Counted from the first letter of the whole stretch, positions 1 through 12,551 are shown. The stretch: DNA of 63,126 nt, filler included, from Nemertoderma westbladi (GCA_032718475.1; 3 parts of 3 records of this genome joined end to end with filler, not necessarily neighbours in it); one strand, 5' to 3'. Numbers and translations: made by a program. Notes: generated from the sequence alone by a model not told the origin.

Positions 1-813
1 AGACTTTTCCCCGGGCGAACATTAGATACGCGACGCTACTGGATTTGACCCAGACAAGAAATGCCATATCCATGGCAAAGTTAAACACGACTTATTAGCA
101 GATACTCGCGAGGTAAATAGCTTTATCCAACCTAGGACGCTCCGATGGTAAACCCTTCAGCCTTCACCATAATCCACTCAAGGTGTCGTATAAGATAACC
201 CTCACCGTTATACTTCCTCCCGGTGGACTGAGTCCGCAAATCTCTCAAGATTTACTTTACCAAAAATTACTCAAACAACATAACACACCTATCACGACAC
301 GACACACTGTAGGTATAAAGACATCTGGAGGTAAGTTCAAAAGTGCAGTTGTTAAAACTTAAGTAAATTTACTGAGAATGAGAAATACAAATTACAATAT
401 TATAATATTAAATAAATATTTACTGCAGCCAAGCGAAAACAAATAGAGTCGGGTAGAGAGAGGGACCAATAATAGAAGGTGCAGAGGACATTCCTCAAAC
501 GTCTTAATCAACATGTCTTTGATAAAGTCAGTGAGATGGCCTCTCTAAGCCTTTCCATACGACTGATGGTGTGGAATCACTGGTATGGAAAAGGGAATAC
601 TAAATTGGAAAAGTTACAACTGATTTTATTTACCGCTATTTGATTGTATTTTTCAGATATAAAATGCCCAACAGTTGCCAAAACATACAAACAAAATCAA
701 ACAAGCACACAATTACTATTATTATAAACTGTGTAATTTAAACTAATAACAAGAATTAATTATAAACAATCGACAAATCACAATCATATTTTAAAATTAA
801 CAAAATAACGTAC

Positions 814-987
814 AATAGCACCGCAACAGTCGCCACCAAATATATCTGATATTTATATATAAACCAAAAACCCAATGAAATAATGTTAAAAAAATAAAAA
901 AAATTTGGTTCGTGTGGGGTCACTTACAGCACAACAAAGATTTGTCAATAGAAATCGGTTCAAACCGATTGTTATGTTCCATAAACT
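814..987 (-). CDS. Two candidate downstream micro-exons (928-987, 814-845) of the SLC35F5-like gene
   Basis: Canonical ag/gtaagt and ag/gtacgt boundaries; the joined reading GLNRFLLTNLCCA|IYLV has the same spacing as GSIWSLAGAMLYAVYIV. T-rich DNA gives hydrophobic peptides by chance, so support is weak. Confidence 0.3.
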
Positions 988-1238
988 CTAAACAATAATG
1001 TTTGTAAATAATAATTGATAGATAATAATTAATTATACAATAAAATTATTGAATAATTTCCTGAATATAACATGAGACCTTTAACACATTACTACACCCG
1101 TAGTATAATGTAATCCAAATATGTTGAAAGAAATATACAAATCTATGTAACAATAAAACGTTAGAATATTGTAGAAATAAAAAAATAGTGAATCACTAAT
1201 AGTAACACAAAGTTATCCTAAAGTGTATGCAAAGTAAC

Positions 1239-4200
1239 CTAGGAACATCGATTCATGAACTTGCGTAATTTATAGTCAATCCAGACCCCGAATGGATATA
1301 TTAGCAACAAAACAACCAGACTGGATAAGAACGAAGCCGCTTCGTAAACAAAACGAGGCGCGAATATCTTCCAGACCATGAGATGCCGTCTAAGTATTGC
1401 AGCAGTTGCCATGGTGGATATCAGTTTGGTGGAACTAACGAGAATGTAGGCGGAAATTAGTTGGAACAAACGTGATGGAAAGTCCCCGTCTCGTAGCAAT
1501 TGGTATTCCCCTTGATTGCCGCTGGATGGCGCATAACGACGGTAGAATGGCCAAGTGATGCACAACGGCAAACCGACGCTAAATATAAACGTAGACGCCA
1601 AAGTGTTAAAGAGAATCAACAGAAAGGGGACTATGTAGACATTCCAGTCGCCATGGAAACCGATATAGGCGGCCTCGAAGCGAATGGAAGGGATGGTCGC
1701 CTGGTGACCAAAAGCGAAGAAGTAATGGGATGATAAAATGAACCATGAGACTACGGTGGGCCAGGGGACAGATGGGTCGTTGGGTGTAGCCATGGTAACC
1801 GAGGTGTATTCGAGCGTTAGAATTACGTGGAATAGACTCGTTGCTAAGGGCAATGAGACGCTCTGGCCCAAAAGTAGAGCGGCGAGAATATAAATAATCC
1901 ATGTGAGCGCCACGAAAGGGGCGGAGTAACCGGTTATCATTCCGTATATCATCGGTTTAGATGGGGGCGCCTCCGTTGGATCGGCTGCCCCATTCTCCCG
2001 CCCCCCTTGAGCCCCCGGCGCCCCCCTATAGCGTATAGACCTGTCCAGTACGGAGAACAGCTGCGGCCCGACATCCCGACTCACGTCAACGGATATACCA
2101 CCCGTAGAGACCCGCTCCAGATACAACAACACGGGGTTGGCCACCAGACATAACATCGAAACAAACAAGCAAACATAGGTGGCCAATGGGAAGACTGTTA
2201 GTTGCCATGGCGCCACCCAATCAGTGTTCGCCGAGGCCGTGATCGCCCAATGGAAGGCAACGAAAACAGTAGCGAGTGCGAGTACGAAACGATTGCACAG
2301 CGTCGCGAAGGTGGTCCCATTCTGGTTGCCCCAAAACCGTAACAGGAAGTACAACGACGCAGATATACTAACTAAACTACAAACTGAGATAAAATAGCGA
2401 GAGTTTGTAGACAGTAGGGGTTGCAAGGAAGAGTTGCTGAGTTTATCGAGGAATGGAGATGTTTCGCAATTAGGATATTGTTCCTCACGACAAAGATTAA
2501 AGTTAGTAGAGAACCTGAGACAGCCAACCATACAGACAACTAATAGAGTGACTCTCCAGACTTTAGTTAGTAGTAAATAGAAAGGGGACTTGGGGTTTGC
2601 GTGACGGAATCCCTCTCTTGGATGTTCGCTTCGCTTTAGAGACAATAGAGTTTGGGTTCGATTGATGTAGGATAAGTAGGAAACACAGAGCAAAGAGAGA
2701 TACAGAAAAGGTAGAACTTTATCCTCCTGAACAAGAAAAGTATTGCCCCCTAACGATACAACGTATATTAATAAAACGAAAAATGAAAAATAGGTTTCAA
2801 GTGAGGGTTTCGCAAGAATATTAATCACCAGTGATTTCCATGACAATGAGTGACGCAATATCTCTGATACTTTGTAGCAGGATAGGATTGCTACCATTGC
2901 TCTAACTAATAGCACCGCTGCAATCAAGGAAATATAGGAGGAAAATAGAATATACGGGGAAATATACAAGGGGAATATCGCCCAAATCAAAAGAAAGATT
3001 ACAGCCAATGAGACGCTAATCCACTGAACAGTGCTGTTAATTAAACGACCTCGAACTATGGAATATTCTAGAAGGAAAATCACGTAGGAGACGAGAAGGG
3101 TCCAGACGGAGGCCATTACTGCGAATAGAATCCCGTAACAAATGTAAGGTAAATCGAACTTGGCCCAGGTGTCTCGGCACATCGCCTTAACCTCGCTTAG
3201 GTACTCCTGGTACTGGGCTATTAGGTCGTCGGATTGCTGGCGTTGGAAACCTGATTGGCTGACACGGGTGAGGGACGTCTCGCAGTCAGCCAATAGGCGA
3301 TCGAGGCGAGACAACGTCGAGGGAAGGAAATCGTTGGAGATTACCGAGTAGAGAGTCAAATAACGACGGATCTGTCGGGCGGTTAGGGAGAGGGATTCCA
3401 GCGGCCCCTTGTGGGGGGGCCACGGCGCGGATGGAGGGGGCACCGGGGGGCCAGAGAGCAGTTGGTAGACCGGAGAACCGAGGTTCGAGAATGGTACAGG
3501 TAACCCTAACAACAGAGATATTGTTGAAACGAAATCCAACTGACTCACCGCCCCGGGTAACTTATCTACGAAGTATTCGTCTATAAAGTCTCGAGGGCTG
3601 TAAACGAACATGGCGCTGTCCAGTTCGGCCCCCGAGTCGCCGCCATGGTCACCCGATGACGTCATCCCGTGGTCGCCAATGACAACGAGCAACGCATCCT
3701 CCGGCAACCCTTCCACGATGAACTCGACGGCGCGATTCATCTGCGAGAGTTTACTCGCCATTTCGGGGTGGTTGGGACCGCAACGATGTCCGCAGTGGTC
3801 CACGCCGAGGTAGTGAGCGATCAAGACGTCCCAACTGCTGTCCGACAACTCCGGGAGTAGGGTGCGACCGGGTCCGCCCGGGAAGTCCGGGATTAGACGC
3901 GAGTTAATCCCATTGTCGACCGTGTGCAAGTCCTTAACGTTGAACGATGGAAATGGGTAGGATAAACTGAAGTATTTGTTGTACAGATTCACCCAAGTAT
4001 CGTCTCCAAGGAATACAACACGATGTCCAGTAGAGTTTAGTTGGAAGATAAGGTTGTCTTCTTGGATCTCGGTTCCTGCAAAGTTACTTCCCGCGTCGAC
4101 GAATGTGGGTAGACTTCCGGTGGTGAGACCTTTGAGTCTCTGTAAGGTGGTTGTAGGAGGATCGGCTACGAATTTAAACAGCCCCGCACGTCGTGGATAC

Positions 4201-4514
4201 CTCGTGGATAGTTCGTGGAAGATCGTGAGTTTGTTGTGATAGAGGAGATCTGAGTCCGGGACCGGGGTGGTGAAATCGTAACGTAACGCATCAATTACGA
4301 CGATGACGCTCTTATTGAACCGTTTATCGATCCAGCACTGGTCGCCAGTGGCTTCCGATTGGCCGTCGGTTGCCAAGCACCCGCTGGTGGCCGATATCTC
4401 AACGCGATTGAGCAGGAAACCCACCGTGAAGATTAGAACTCCGATGGTGTAGATGAGGCAACTTAGAGAGAGGACGTTGAACATAGTGCGTCTGGTAACT
4501 CCACTAAAGCCCAT
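1239..4514 (-). CDS. PIGO: GPI ethanolamine phosphate transferase 3, single coding exon
   Basis: 1091-aa ORF with motifs VIDALRYDF, ADPPTTTLQRLKGLTTGSLPTFVDAGSNF, HYLGVDHCGH, GDHGMT..GDHGG, GHQ and C-terminal LRRHLMVWKIFAPRF; multi-TM C-terminal half. Confidence 0.96.
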   Translation of the reverse strand: MGFSGVTRRTMFNVLSLSCLIYTIGVLIFTVGFLLNRVEISATSGCLATDGQSEATGDQCWIDKRFNKSVIVVIDALRYDFTTPVPDSDLLYHNKLTIFHELSTRYPRRAGLFKFVADPPTTTLQRLKGLTTGSLPTFVDAGSNFAGTEIQEDNLIFQLNSTGHRVVFLGDDTWVNLYNKYFSLSYPFPSFNVKDLHTVDNGINSRLIPDFPGGPGRTLLPELSDSSWDVLIAHYLGVDHCGHRCGPNHPEMASKLSQMNRAVEFIVEGLPEDALLVVIGDHGMTSSGDHGGDSGAELDSAMFVYSPRDFIDEYFVDKLPGAVSQLDFVSTISLLLGLPVPFSNLGSPVYQLLSGPPVPPPSAPWPPHKGPLESLSLTARQIRRYLTLYSVISNDFLPSTLSRLDRLLADCETSLTRVSQSGFQRQQSDDLIAQYQEYLSEVKAMCRDTWAKFDLPYICYGILFAVMASVWTLLVSYVIFLLEYSIVRGRLINSTVQWISVSLAVIFLLIWAIFPLYISPYILFSSYISLIAAVLLVRAMVAILSCYKVSEILRHSLSWKSLVINILAKPSLETYFSFFVLLIYVVSLGGNTFLVQEDKVLPFLYLSLLCVSYLSYINRTQTLLSLKRSEHPREGFRHANPKSPFYLLLTKVWRVTLLVVCMVGCLRFSTNFNLCREEQYPNCETSPFLDKLSNSSLQPLLSTNSRYFISVCSLVSISASLYFLLRFWGNQNGTTFATLCNRFVLALATVFVAFHWAITASANTDWVAPWQLTVFPLATYVCLFVSMLCLVANPVLLYLERVSTGGISVDVSRDVGPQLFSVLDRSIRYRGAPGAQGGRENGAADPTEAPPSKPMIYGMITGYSAPFVALTWIIYILAALLLGQSVSLPLATSLFHVILTLEYTSVTMATPNDPSVPWPTVVSWFILSSHYFFAFGHQATIPSIRFEAAYIGFHGDWNVYIVPFLLILFNTLASTFIFSVGLPLCITWPFYRRYAPSSGNQGEYQLLRDGDFPSRLFQLISAYILVSSTKLISTMATAAILRRHLMVWKIFAPRFVYEAASFLSSLVVLLLIYPFGVWIDYKLRKFMNRCS

Positions 4515-5689
4515 ATTTCTAGTGATATTACTGTATTATCATGTTCAGATGTTGACCTATTGTGTAGGCCTAACAAGTTTAAGTACCGGTACAGCAGTAC
4601 AGGAAGAAACAGTCTGACAGTGTAAATTACAAATTTATTCATACGGCGGTACTGGTACTGGCAATAATTCGTGAGGGGAAAAAGACTCCCTGAATGCAAA
4701 ATGTGTTCCAAGGAAAACTGAAACTGATCAGATTATTTAGTTACCCAATTGCTGTTGCTGTATCGTACATAAAGTATAAGCTACCGGTACTATTCAATAA
4801 AAGAAACTGAGGTACCGGTAATGCCACAGTAAAAGTCAGAAAGTAATTGTGTACAAGACTCAAGAGTGGCTGCCATAAACCATAACTAAAACTGTCATGA
4901 GATCAGGAGATGTGTTAAGTCATAACTGATCAACTATGAACTAACACGGTTTTTACATAATGTATAAATAAATCGAACTAAGGTTAAGGACTAACCCTAA
5001 GCAAAAACCATATAAAGCCATAAACTGATCAAGGATAAGAAAGTAAGGTGTAGTAGAGTGGCCTAGTCAAGTTAGTGGGAGGTGTAGGGTGGCCGCCGAG
5101 AGGTGTAGGGGGGAGGGGGGGCAAAATCCCCGAGCCCCACGGGCAAACTATAACTATACTACTTAAACTGTTTTCAATTGCAGACCTATTCTGTAGATAT
5201 ACAATCGGTGTTGTACTTTTGCGCTATGCCTACCTACTGTAGTTATATACTGCGCAGTGCTAGCAAAGTATGCCAGAGGGCCAGCTAAATAAAATAAGAT
5301 GGCCGTTCATTGTAGTCAACAGGCAGACTTTGTACGTAATCCTTGGACTAACGGCCGAACAAAATTTACTTCTTTACTTTTAACAGGAGTCACATTCCAG
5401 AACATTTATTTATTTAACATGTGTAAAGGTGAGTTGATGCCTTGATTTCTATTGGTTGTTTGGCTCAGCATAAGATAAAATATAGCTGCCTACGATAGCC
5501 CTGCCCTAGCAGTCTGGAGCAGGAGTGGGGTAGGTCGATGGTAGGTGGTAGCGTGGAGCTGGACAGTATGATTGATTAATGGTAACGAGTCTGTGATGGC
5601 CAACTTGTTGGAATTAAATGCTACTTATATACATTTTATTACATTATTTTATTTTATTATTTTTATCACCTGCTGTACCTTCTGTTGAT

Positions 5690-5905
5690 GTATATATATT
5701 TTCATCACTTGCTCTGTTGCTGTATTTATAATTTTATCACTTGCTGTATATATACCTGCTGTTGCTGTATATATATTTTTATCACTTGCTGTATATATAT
5801 TTTTATCACTTGCTGTATATATATTTTTATCACTTGCTGTATATATATTTTTATCACTTGCTGTATATATATTTTTATCACTTGCTGTATACATATATTT
5901 TTTAT
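5690..5905. repeat. 24-bp minisatellite (ttttatcacttgctgtatatatat)n
   Basis: About 8 tandem copies; source of the spurious YTASDKNI-repeat ORFs. Confidence 0.95.
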
Positions 5906-6405
5906 TTACCAATTTCAGTACGTACATTGCACAACATATGAACAAACAGGATTAAACATAAATATATTTTAATTTTCTCGGATAACGAATACTGGATTGT
6001 CTTTATTTTAATAGTGCTACTCAGTCTAAATTGTATATTTTTGTTAGTCTCCATGAATTACGTTTTTATTTCAGGGGGCGACCCCTACACTATGTGTAAA
6101 TCCTTAATAATAATAATAATAATAATAATACAAGGCAATAATGGTGCGGTATGTCTCTCTGGCTAGGCTGGACATAATGGGGACAACACAATGAAGGTTT
6201 GATACATTATTCAATTAATATGATATTATAATTTAATGTATTGTTGTTTGTTATCGAAGACATTGACAATACTGAGTGATAATCATACATAATTCATATG
6301 AAAATATTTATAGAATCAGGTATTCTTTAAATTTTTAACGAATATTATTTTGATTATTTTTAATTTAGGCCTAATTTAATATCTAATAAAATAAAATCAA
6401 CTAAC

Positions 6406-6527
6406 GGGTGATATTACCACCAAAATGGTTCCAACAAGTGACACCAGAACACACAACAGCTTCGTCGTCGTGAATCCGTCGCCATGGGAACTGGGAAAGT
6501 AAGCAGCCAATACGAGCACAAATATTC
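6406..6527 (-). CDS. SLC35F5: SLC35F5-like transporter, internal coding exon C
   Basis: Acceptor ttttag, phase 1 continuing exon B; encodes GIFVLVLAAYFPSSHGDGFTTTKLLCVLVSLVGTILVVISP, compared with [37 protein letters not shown]. Donor (gttagt) position approximate. Confidence 0.85.
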
Positions 6528-7243
6528 CTAAAATAAGCAAAAAAAATTAAAGTTTATTGTTTAAGAAACCTCAGATACGGTCCCATAACTCAACCCACAA
6601 CTTTGTAGTATTTTCATTTTTAACAATATTTATACTTTAAAATAATATATATCAAAGTATAAAAACATTTGCCGGAGCATTTGCTCAACATGTAGAGCCG
6701 TCAGAGGGTTTAATTACAACGAATGAATGAAATACCAAAACAATGCCATACATAAGTAGGCCCCTACGAGTATACACTCCATTGGTATGCAAATCCGGAT
6801 CGAAATATGTACTGGTCACAAATTGGTCAGAGCTCGTGTACGGACCCGGAGAATTCCTGTTAACAACATCGTTTATTGTTTTGGTTAGAAAAAGCCGTAT
6901 TTGTAACCTGCTCCTTTCCCTCAATTGGTAACAACGTCGTTTGTTTTGTCTAGAAAAACCCGTCTCTTTCTCCTTTCCCTCAATTGGTGACAATTGGTTT
7001 CCCCCGGGCGAAGGTTGAACGCGGGCGAAGATTGCATCGAACCCCTCTGGTTGGTTGGGCTGATAATATGTCCAGATCATATTATGTATATTAGTGTTTG
7101 GCTGGAAGTAAGTTGATGACAAGGTGAACACATGTGACAATTCAAAATGAAAATGGTTACACAGAATGGCCAACGCACGCGAGAATTTTGACATACCTTA
7201 AATGATTTGATGCATTCAGAAAAGGAGTTATACTTGTACTCAC

Positions 7244-7325
7244 CAGACGTTGCCGAAATAATGTCCACAAACTCAGCTTCGCATTGTGCCCTCGCAATAC
7301 CGAATGCCAGACATCCACAAAACCA
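7244..7325 (-). CDS. SLC35F5: SLC35F5-like transporter, internal coding exon B
   Basis: Acceptor ttttcag and donor gtgagt; 82 bp encoding WFCGCLAFGIARAQCEAEFVDIISATS(G), compared with SLC35F5 [28 protein letters not shown]. Confidence 0.8.
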
Positions 7326-7629
7326 CTGAAAACATAAAATGTAAAAATTAAATAGAAAATAAATATTACCGAAGTATAATAGGTAGGTAGTCTAGGTACA
7401 TAAAAAATATGTAAACAGTAGATAAACACCAATCGCGTGATTTGTCAAAAAAAAACACAAGACATATTTTCACTAACATTAAATACTAGGCAACTACGGT
7501 AAATACATCTAGCATAGCTTAAATCAGGATGGCGCCACAGTTGGCTTCCCAAAATTAGCTAATTATCCACTAGCTTTATGATTGGACAAGCTTTTAATGC
7601 GTCTCTGGAGTCTATGGGTTGCGTCAGGA

Positions 7630-8200
7630 TGACCTCGACGTTTGGTGGCTGCCCAAGCAAGTTGGCTGAAGTGAAGAAGTGATCTTTCCATTTCCCAACA
7701 CTTTCTTCAGGACTGTCAGCTTTTACGGGCCCTTAGCAGAACTTTACAGTGAGAACTGATGTTGTAGGCCACTTTTGAGATCTTCTTTAGCTTCAACCTT
7801 TGTTGATGTTTTCGGTTGTTGGTTTTTCGGTTTTTACTTTGCAGTTTATCTTAAAATCTTATCTTACAAGTAACCTCAGTGTCTTGCCATGGCACATAAT
7901 GTTTTCGTTTGGGTTTCTGTGGAATTTGCCTCTTGGTGATTCCTTGTAAACTTTTATTATATTCTGGTATAAAGAATAGGTAGACTGGTCTCCATCCATT
8001 GACTGGAGTATTTCAAAGAACAGTTCTAAGTTTCTCCCAGTCATAGTTGATTCTAATTTTGTCAGACCTCTGCACTGCAGTCACGATTCTGTGGTCCAAA
8101 CCAAATAGGAGCTGTATAGCTCGCAGTTAAACATGATGTTTCTCCACTTTTTGTTGCTAACAATGTAATCCAGCTGTGCTTTGATTCCGTTAGTATAATT
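7630..8200 (-). mobile_element. RTE-clade LINE internal fragment inside the SLC35F5 A-B intron
   Basis: Nucleotide match to 36605-37030 (gacctcga.gtttggtggctgcccaagcaagtt...); end-of-endonuclease motif AQLDYIVSNKKWRN. Confidence 0.85.
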
Positions 8201-8308
8201 TATATTTAATGTTTTACTCAATACTCGTAGAAATCTCACCGTGTCAAAAATAACTAGAGCAAACACAAAACAATGGTACATAATTAATTGTAAAGTCACC
8301 AGACTTAC

Positions 8309-8445
8309 AGGCAAGGCAAAGATAAACGCTGTTCTAAACAGGCCACGCAATGTCCGGTTGTGACGTTGCCGGAATTCTTCAGCCCCTAACACCATCGCTT
8401 TCTCATATGACATTCTAGCAATACGAGTTTCTATGGCCAAGGCTT
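8309..8445 (-). CDS. SLC35F5: SLC35F5-like EamA/DMT transporter, internal coding exon A
   Basis: Acceptor tttctgtag and donor gtaagt; encodes EALAIETRIARMSYEKA...LFRTAFIFALP, resembling the recalled SLC35F5 segment ALEAKLSRMSY...AKISFFFCFV; ends in phase 0, matching exon B. Confidence 0.75.
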
Positions 8446-8921
8446 CTACAGAAATATAATATTATAAAAGTTAATATAATTTACATATTATAATAAAATA
8501 ATCTGTCTGACCGGACATTATTGTAATTTAAAAATAATGCAAATGAATTATTATTATATTCATACACATAAAAATTGCCAAAAAAAGTATCAAAATTGGC
8601 ACTGAAAATAACAAGAGCCTCAATATTTGGGCCCAAACATGAAATTATATTGTAAACAATAATACAATTTTTTAGTTTAAAAATAAAAAATATAATTTCA
8701 TGTTTGGGCCGAAATATTGGCGATAAACTAAAGTTTTGATCACATATACGGATCTGCAAACCGCCTTAAAACTTTTAAGTATGTTTACACCGAACCGGTG
8801 GTTTGGACAAGGAACTACCTCTGGAATTAAACGAGTTTGTGTGATGATGCAGTTTTGCAGTTGTGAAAAAACGAGTACCATGATCATGTACACACTAGTG
8901 GCTTCATGTAAGAGTGAGGTA

Positions 8922-10201
8922 CCGGTATACAGACGTTTCGGTCCAGGACGTTTCGGCCCGCACATTTCGGCCCGGACGATTCGGCCCGGACGATTCGGCC
9001 CGGACGTTTCGGCCCATGACTGTAACCGAATGAAAAGGCCAACTTGTTTGATATGATAATAAGTATTCATTAAAATTGTAATTATTTCACAATAATATAC
9101 TGTACAAACACTTTATCAAATATCTTTCATGAAATGGCTATTTAATTTATTTCAAAATAAAGTAAACATTATGCATGTGGTGCTGTGGTTCCATATACAA
9201 TTCCCCATCAATTATGTTATGCGGCCGAAAAAATGCAAGTCAGAACAAAACTTTTGGTCTCGAATACCACATTGCTAATATACAGTACTACCAAAGCGAA
9301 TAAATTTCACTTAAACGATATATTTTGGTGATACTTCATTAATTTAAACCTTACTCAATTGATAATTCTTGTAGCTGGACAGGTGTATTGCAGCTATGTC
9401 TTAATTATCTGTTGAAACAATAACTCTCATCTTCGATGATAGATGATTTTGATTTATACCCATAGAGAACGACGTATAATGCTTTTATTAATACATATTT
9501 TATTTCACTTCACATCCACTCTGGTCCTTTTAATACGCATACATTTCATCTAAATTTAAATTTAATACGCATATATTTCATCTCATTCCATATGACATCC
9601 AGTCTGTCTTATAATTATTAGCAATGCTCCTTTAATGGAATATTTCTTATCTATTATATTTTTACGTCTAACATTAAAATACAGTAATAATTTTAATTCG
9701 GTGTATTTTAATGTACTTTATTTATTGGCTCACATTTTAAAATACGTATGTTTTTTTTATGGGGGAAACCCCCTTAATCATAATACTAAAGTTAATTTGT
9801 CAGCATATGTTATCTTTGTTCTAAGTTACAGTATGGTGTAAATTTATATAAATAAATAATAATAAAAATAATATTACATTAGTTATTATTTATAAATATA
9901 ATGTAGAACTTAGATCTTGGCGACTTTCAAACAAGTGTCGGAGCAGTTCCTACTGACAACTCCTCTTTTAACGAACGTAACAACTACAAACCAAATATAT
10001 TGAATAACTTATTATTAATAGCTTATTTAAGGGAGTAAAGTGAATCTTTGGGCCAAAACGTTCGACAAGCAAATCGTGTATTTAATTCATTAGGGTGAAA
10101 CGTCCTAGGCCAAAACGTTCGACAAGCAAATCTTGTATTTCATTTATTGGGCTGAAACGTCCTAGGCCAAAACGTCTTAGACCGAAACGTCTGTTACCCG
10201 G
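8922..10201. mobile_element. Non-autonomous DNA transposon with short subterminal repeats
   Basis: Left ccggtatacagacgtttcggtc plus (ggacgtttcggccc-like)n; right has the inverted copies ending gaccgaaacgtctgttacccgg; TA on both flanks. Confidence 0.75.
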
Positions 10202-10742
10202 TAATATTTTATAAATTAAATCATTTACAAATTCACTGTGAGTAATCTAATCTATATTGCTGTATTGTATTACTGCTCTGAAAATGTTGCTGTACGTGAG
10301 AACTTGTGCATCTTTATTTACTTATTTTTATATTTTTTCTGGTTCAAGATATACTTTTGTTGAGTTAACTTTGTGTGCCCTAAGATAGTTAATTCCTATT
10401 TGCGGCAGTAGATGTCTCCAATTAATTGTTGTTACTTCGGCACAATGCGAAACCCTCATCAGGCTGTGCTGGCCCCTCGTATGAACGAATGTTCCGGTCC
10501 CATGGGCTCGGTGTTGAATCTAATTTAACTTAGGCCTGAAGCATTTGTATGGCAATTATCTCGTATCTCATCTCCATCTGGACCAATGCCGAAAAAGTTT
10601 TCGCCTACGCGTATGTCAAATCTCTCAATAAACTCAATGTAATGTACACGTGCAGATGTGCGTACGATATCAATACAGATGTCAATGTACGTACGCACAT
10701 ACGTGGATACGTACGACGTACGTGGAAAAGTTTAACCCTACA

Positions 10743-10831
10743 TATTCGGATTCCTTGCACATGCGCACTTTGCTTCGAAATTGCCGAGGAACGCCTGTTT
10801 CTGCCTTACACTGTTTGGTCTCTGTTACACC
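10743..10831 (-). CDS. Candidate upstream exon of the SLC35F5-like gene
   Basis: Acceptor ttttag; encodes GVTETKQCKAETGVPRQFRSKVRMCKESEY, loosely like KSRVRFSNIMEI; donor and phase unresolved. Confidence 0.25.
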
Positions 10832-11132
10832 TAAAAGCCTTTTAGGGGGAAGAAAAGGAGCAGATTAAGTTGGTAGTCAGTAGGCCTAGTGCTGTGCTGT
10901 CGTGGCAGGTCAGCAGGCATTTGTTAACAAAAACAATGCGAATAATTATTACCGGGCAGAGCAGGGCATTGATTACTGCTATCAACGTAGCAGTCTAGGT
11001 CCGAAGGGCCGTTAATGGCAATACAGCAATAGGCCTAATGTCCGAATGTGTTCTAGAACATTGTGTATTTATTTAATAGAATAAATGGCCTGGAGCGGAA
11101 GCAAATAAATGCAAAATTCGAATGCCCATATC

Positions 11133-11221
11133 TAGGGATGTCCCGGAATCGATATTTTGATTCCGGCCGGAACCGGAACCGGAATTCAACATGCCGGAAT
11201 TCCGGCCGGAACCGGAATTTT
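11133..11221 (+). mobile_element. hAT-like MITE terminus
   Basis: TAGGGATG start followed by clustered ccggaa/ttccgg subterminal repeats; partner end not seen. Confidence 0.5.
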
Positions 11222-12092
11222 CTATAATTAATGAAATACACTAAATGACCCATGAAACTTTATAATTTTTTGTGAACCAAATGAATTTTTTTAATTTCTA
11301 CAGCTAAGTTTGCTAATGAGATGAATCAGAACCTTGGGGGGAATTAAGGTGGGTGGAGTGGGGAATGGCCTGGACCGTTATGGCCGTTTATGGGGACGGC
11401 ATGGTACTTCGGCAGTAAACTAAAAGGAATTTAATATATTTTTTTTCTAAAATCTATAACCTTGTCCAAAAGTTAGGTTTTTAGCATTTAGACTCATACC
11501 TAAAAACCTACGTTAACCAAAAATCTATGGTTTCGCATCATTAGGCCCTTTGCTGCAATATTCTGGTGTCTTTAAGGGAAAGGAACATGTTACCGTGACA
11601 TGTTATTCGAACCAAAACAATAAACGAGGCCAATAGTACATGTTACAGTTTAATTATTACTGGGAATAAATAGACTTATGGTAAGAAATGGCTTTGCTGT
11701 AAATAGAAATTAAACTACTATATTATGCAGCACCTACGACGCAGGACTGAACTAACGACAACTCGCAGGACCTGTACGTGTTGTAATAACGTTTATATTA
11801 GTTTTAGGTTAGAGTAGTAATTGTAATTGCGTAATACTGTATTTGTAACCAAGAAACATAATGGACCCGCATGGGAATAAGCTGCAAATCTTTACTGGCA
11901 ATCCAATATGTAACGTTGGACAATACCAATCATAATATTATCCTATTATTTAATAATTCAAAATTCAAAGTAAAATAATATAAAATCAATGTAAAATAAT
12001 TTAAATTCAATGTAAAATAATCTAAAATCAATCTAAAAAACGTCATTTTATAAGCAAATTGTAATAATTAAATTGGAAAAACCACCCGCTAA

Positions 12093-12551
12093 GGCCCGTG
12101 CTCCACTGGTAAGTCTTATGTTGTCTTAGTCAGAATAAATTATCTTTAAGGTAAACACTAGAGTCTTACACCCTTTAACTACAAAAAAATATAGAATCAG
12201 GACATCAATCAATTCAATAATCAATTCAATTATCACAGAATAAATTATGGTACACATTGGTTTCAATGGGAGCGTCTCCAATGGTAAATCGTAAGTTACG
12301 ACCAAGGAGTCGAAAGTGATTATGTTCCATGTTCCATCTTTTGACACATGACTCATGTGTTATATCCGGCAAGAGGCCTGTGATTGGTTACTTTGGGTAT
12401 AATATGCAGTAAATGTGAGACGAATCTTATATTTTTTATCAAATGACTTATGACTTGAGTAACCTATTGAGCAAGGAGGCATTCATTTTGACATTCTGAC
12501 TAGGACAAAATATGAAAACGACTTACGACTTACCAGTGGAGCACGGGGGCC
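12093..12551. mobile_element. PIF/Harbinger-like MITE
   Basis: TIR ggcccgtgctccactggtaagtc / gacttaccagtggagcacgggggcc with TAA on both flanks. Confidence 0.8.

Noticed and set aside
280-830. LTR with a tRNA-His-like primer-binding site at the window start
   Set aside because: PBS is degenerate, and no LTR end, partner LTR or gag ORF could be defined.
1500-4239. Short ORFs overlapping PIGO (likewise those within TBK1)
   Set aside because: Antisense or alternate-frame shadows of a long coding sequence.
5649-5972. Repeat-protein ORFs
   Set aside because: By-products of a 24-bp minisatellite.
8081-8440. 119-aa ORF as a single gene
   Set aside because: Chimera of an SLC35F5 exon, intron sequence and an RTE endonuclease fragment.
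10400-10470. Hammerhead ribozyme on the minus strand (CTGATGAG...CCGAAG)
   Set aside because: GAAA core is altered and stems I-III do not pair convincingly; an Infernal search would be needed.
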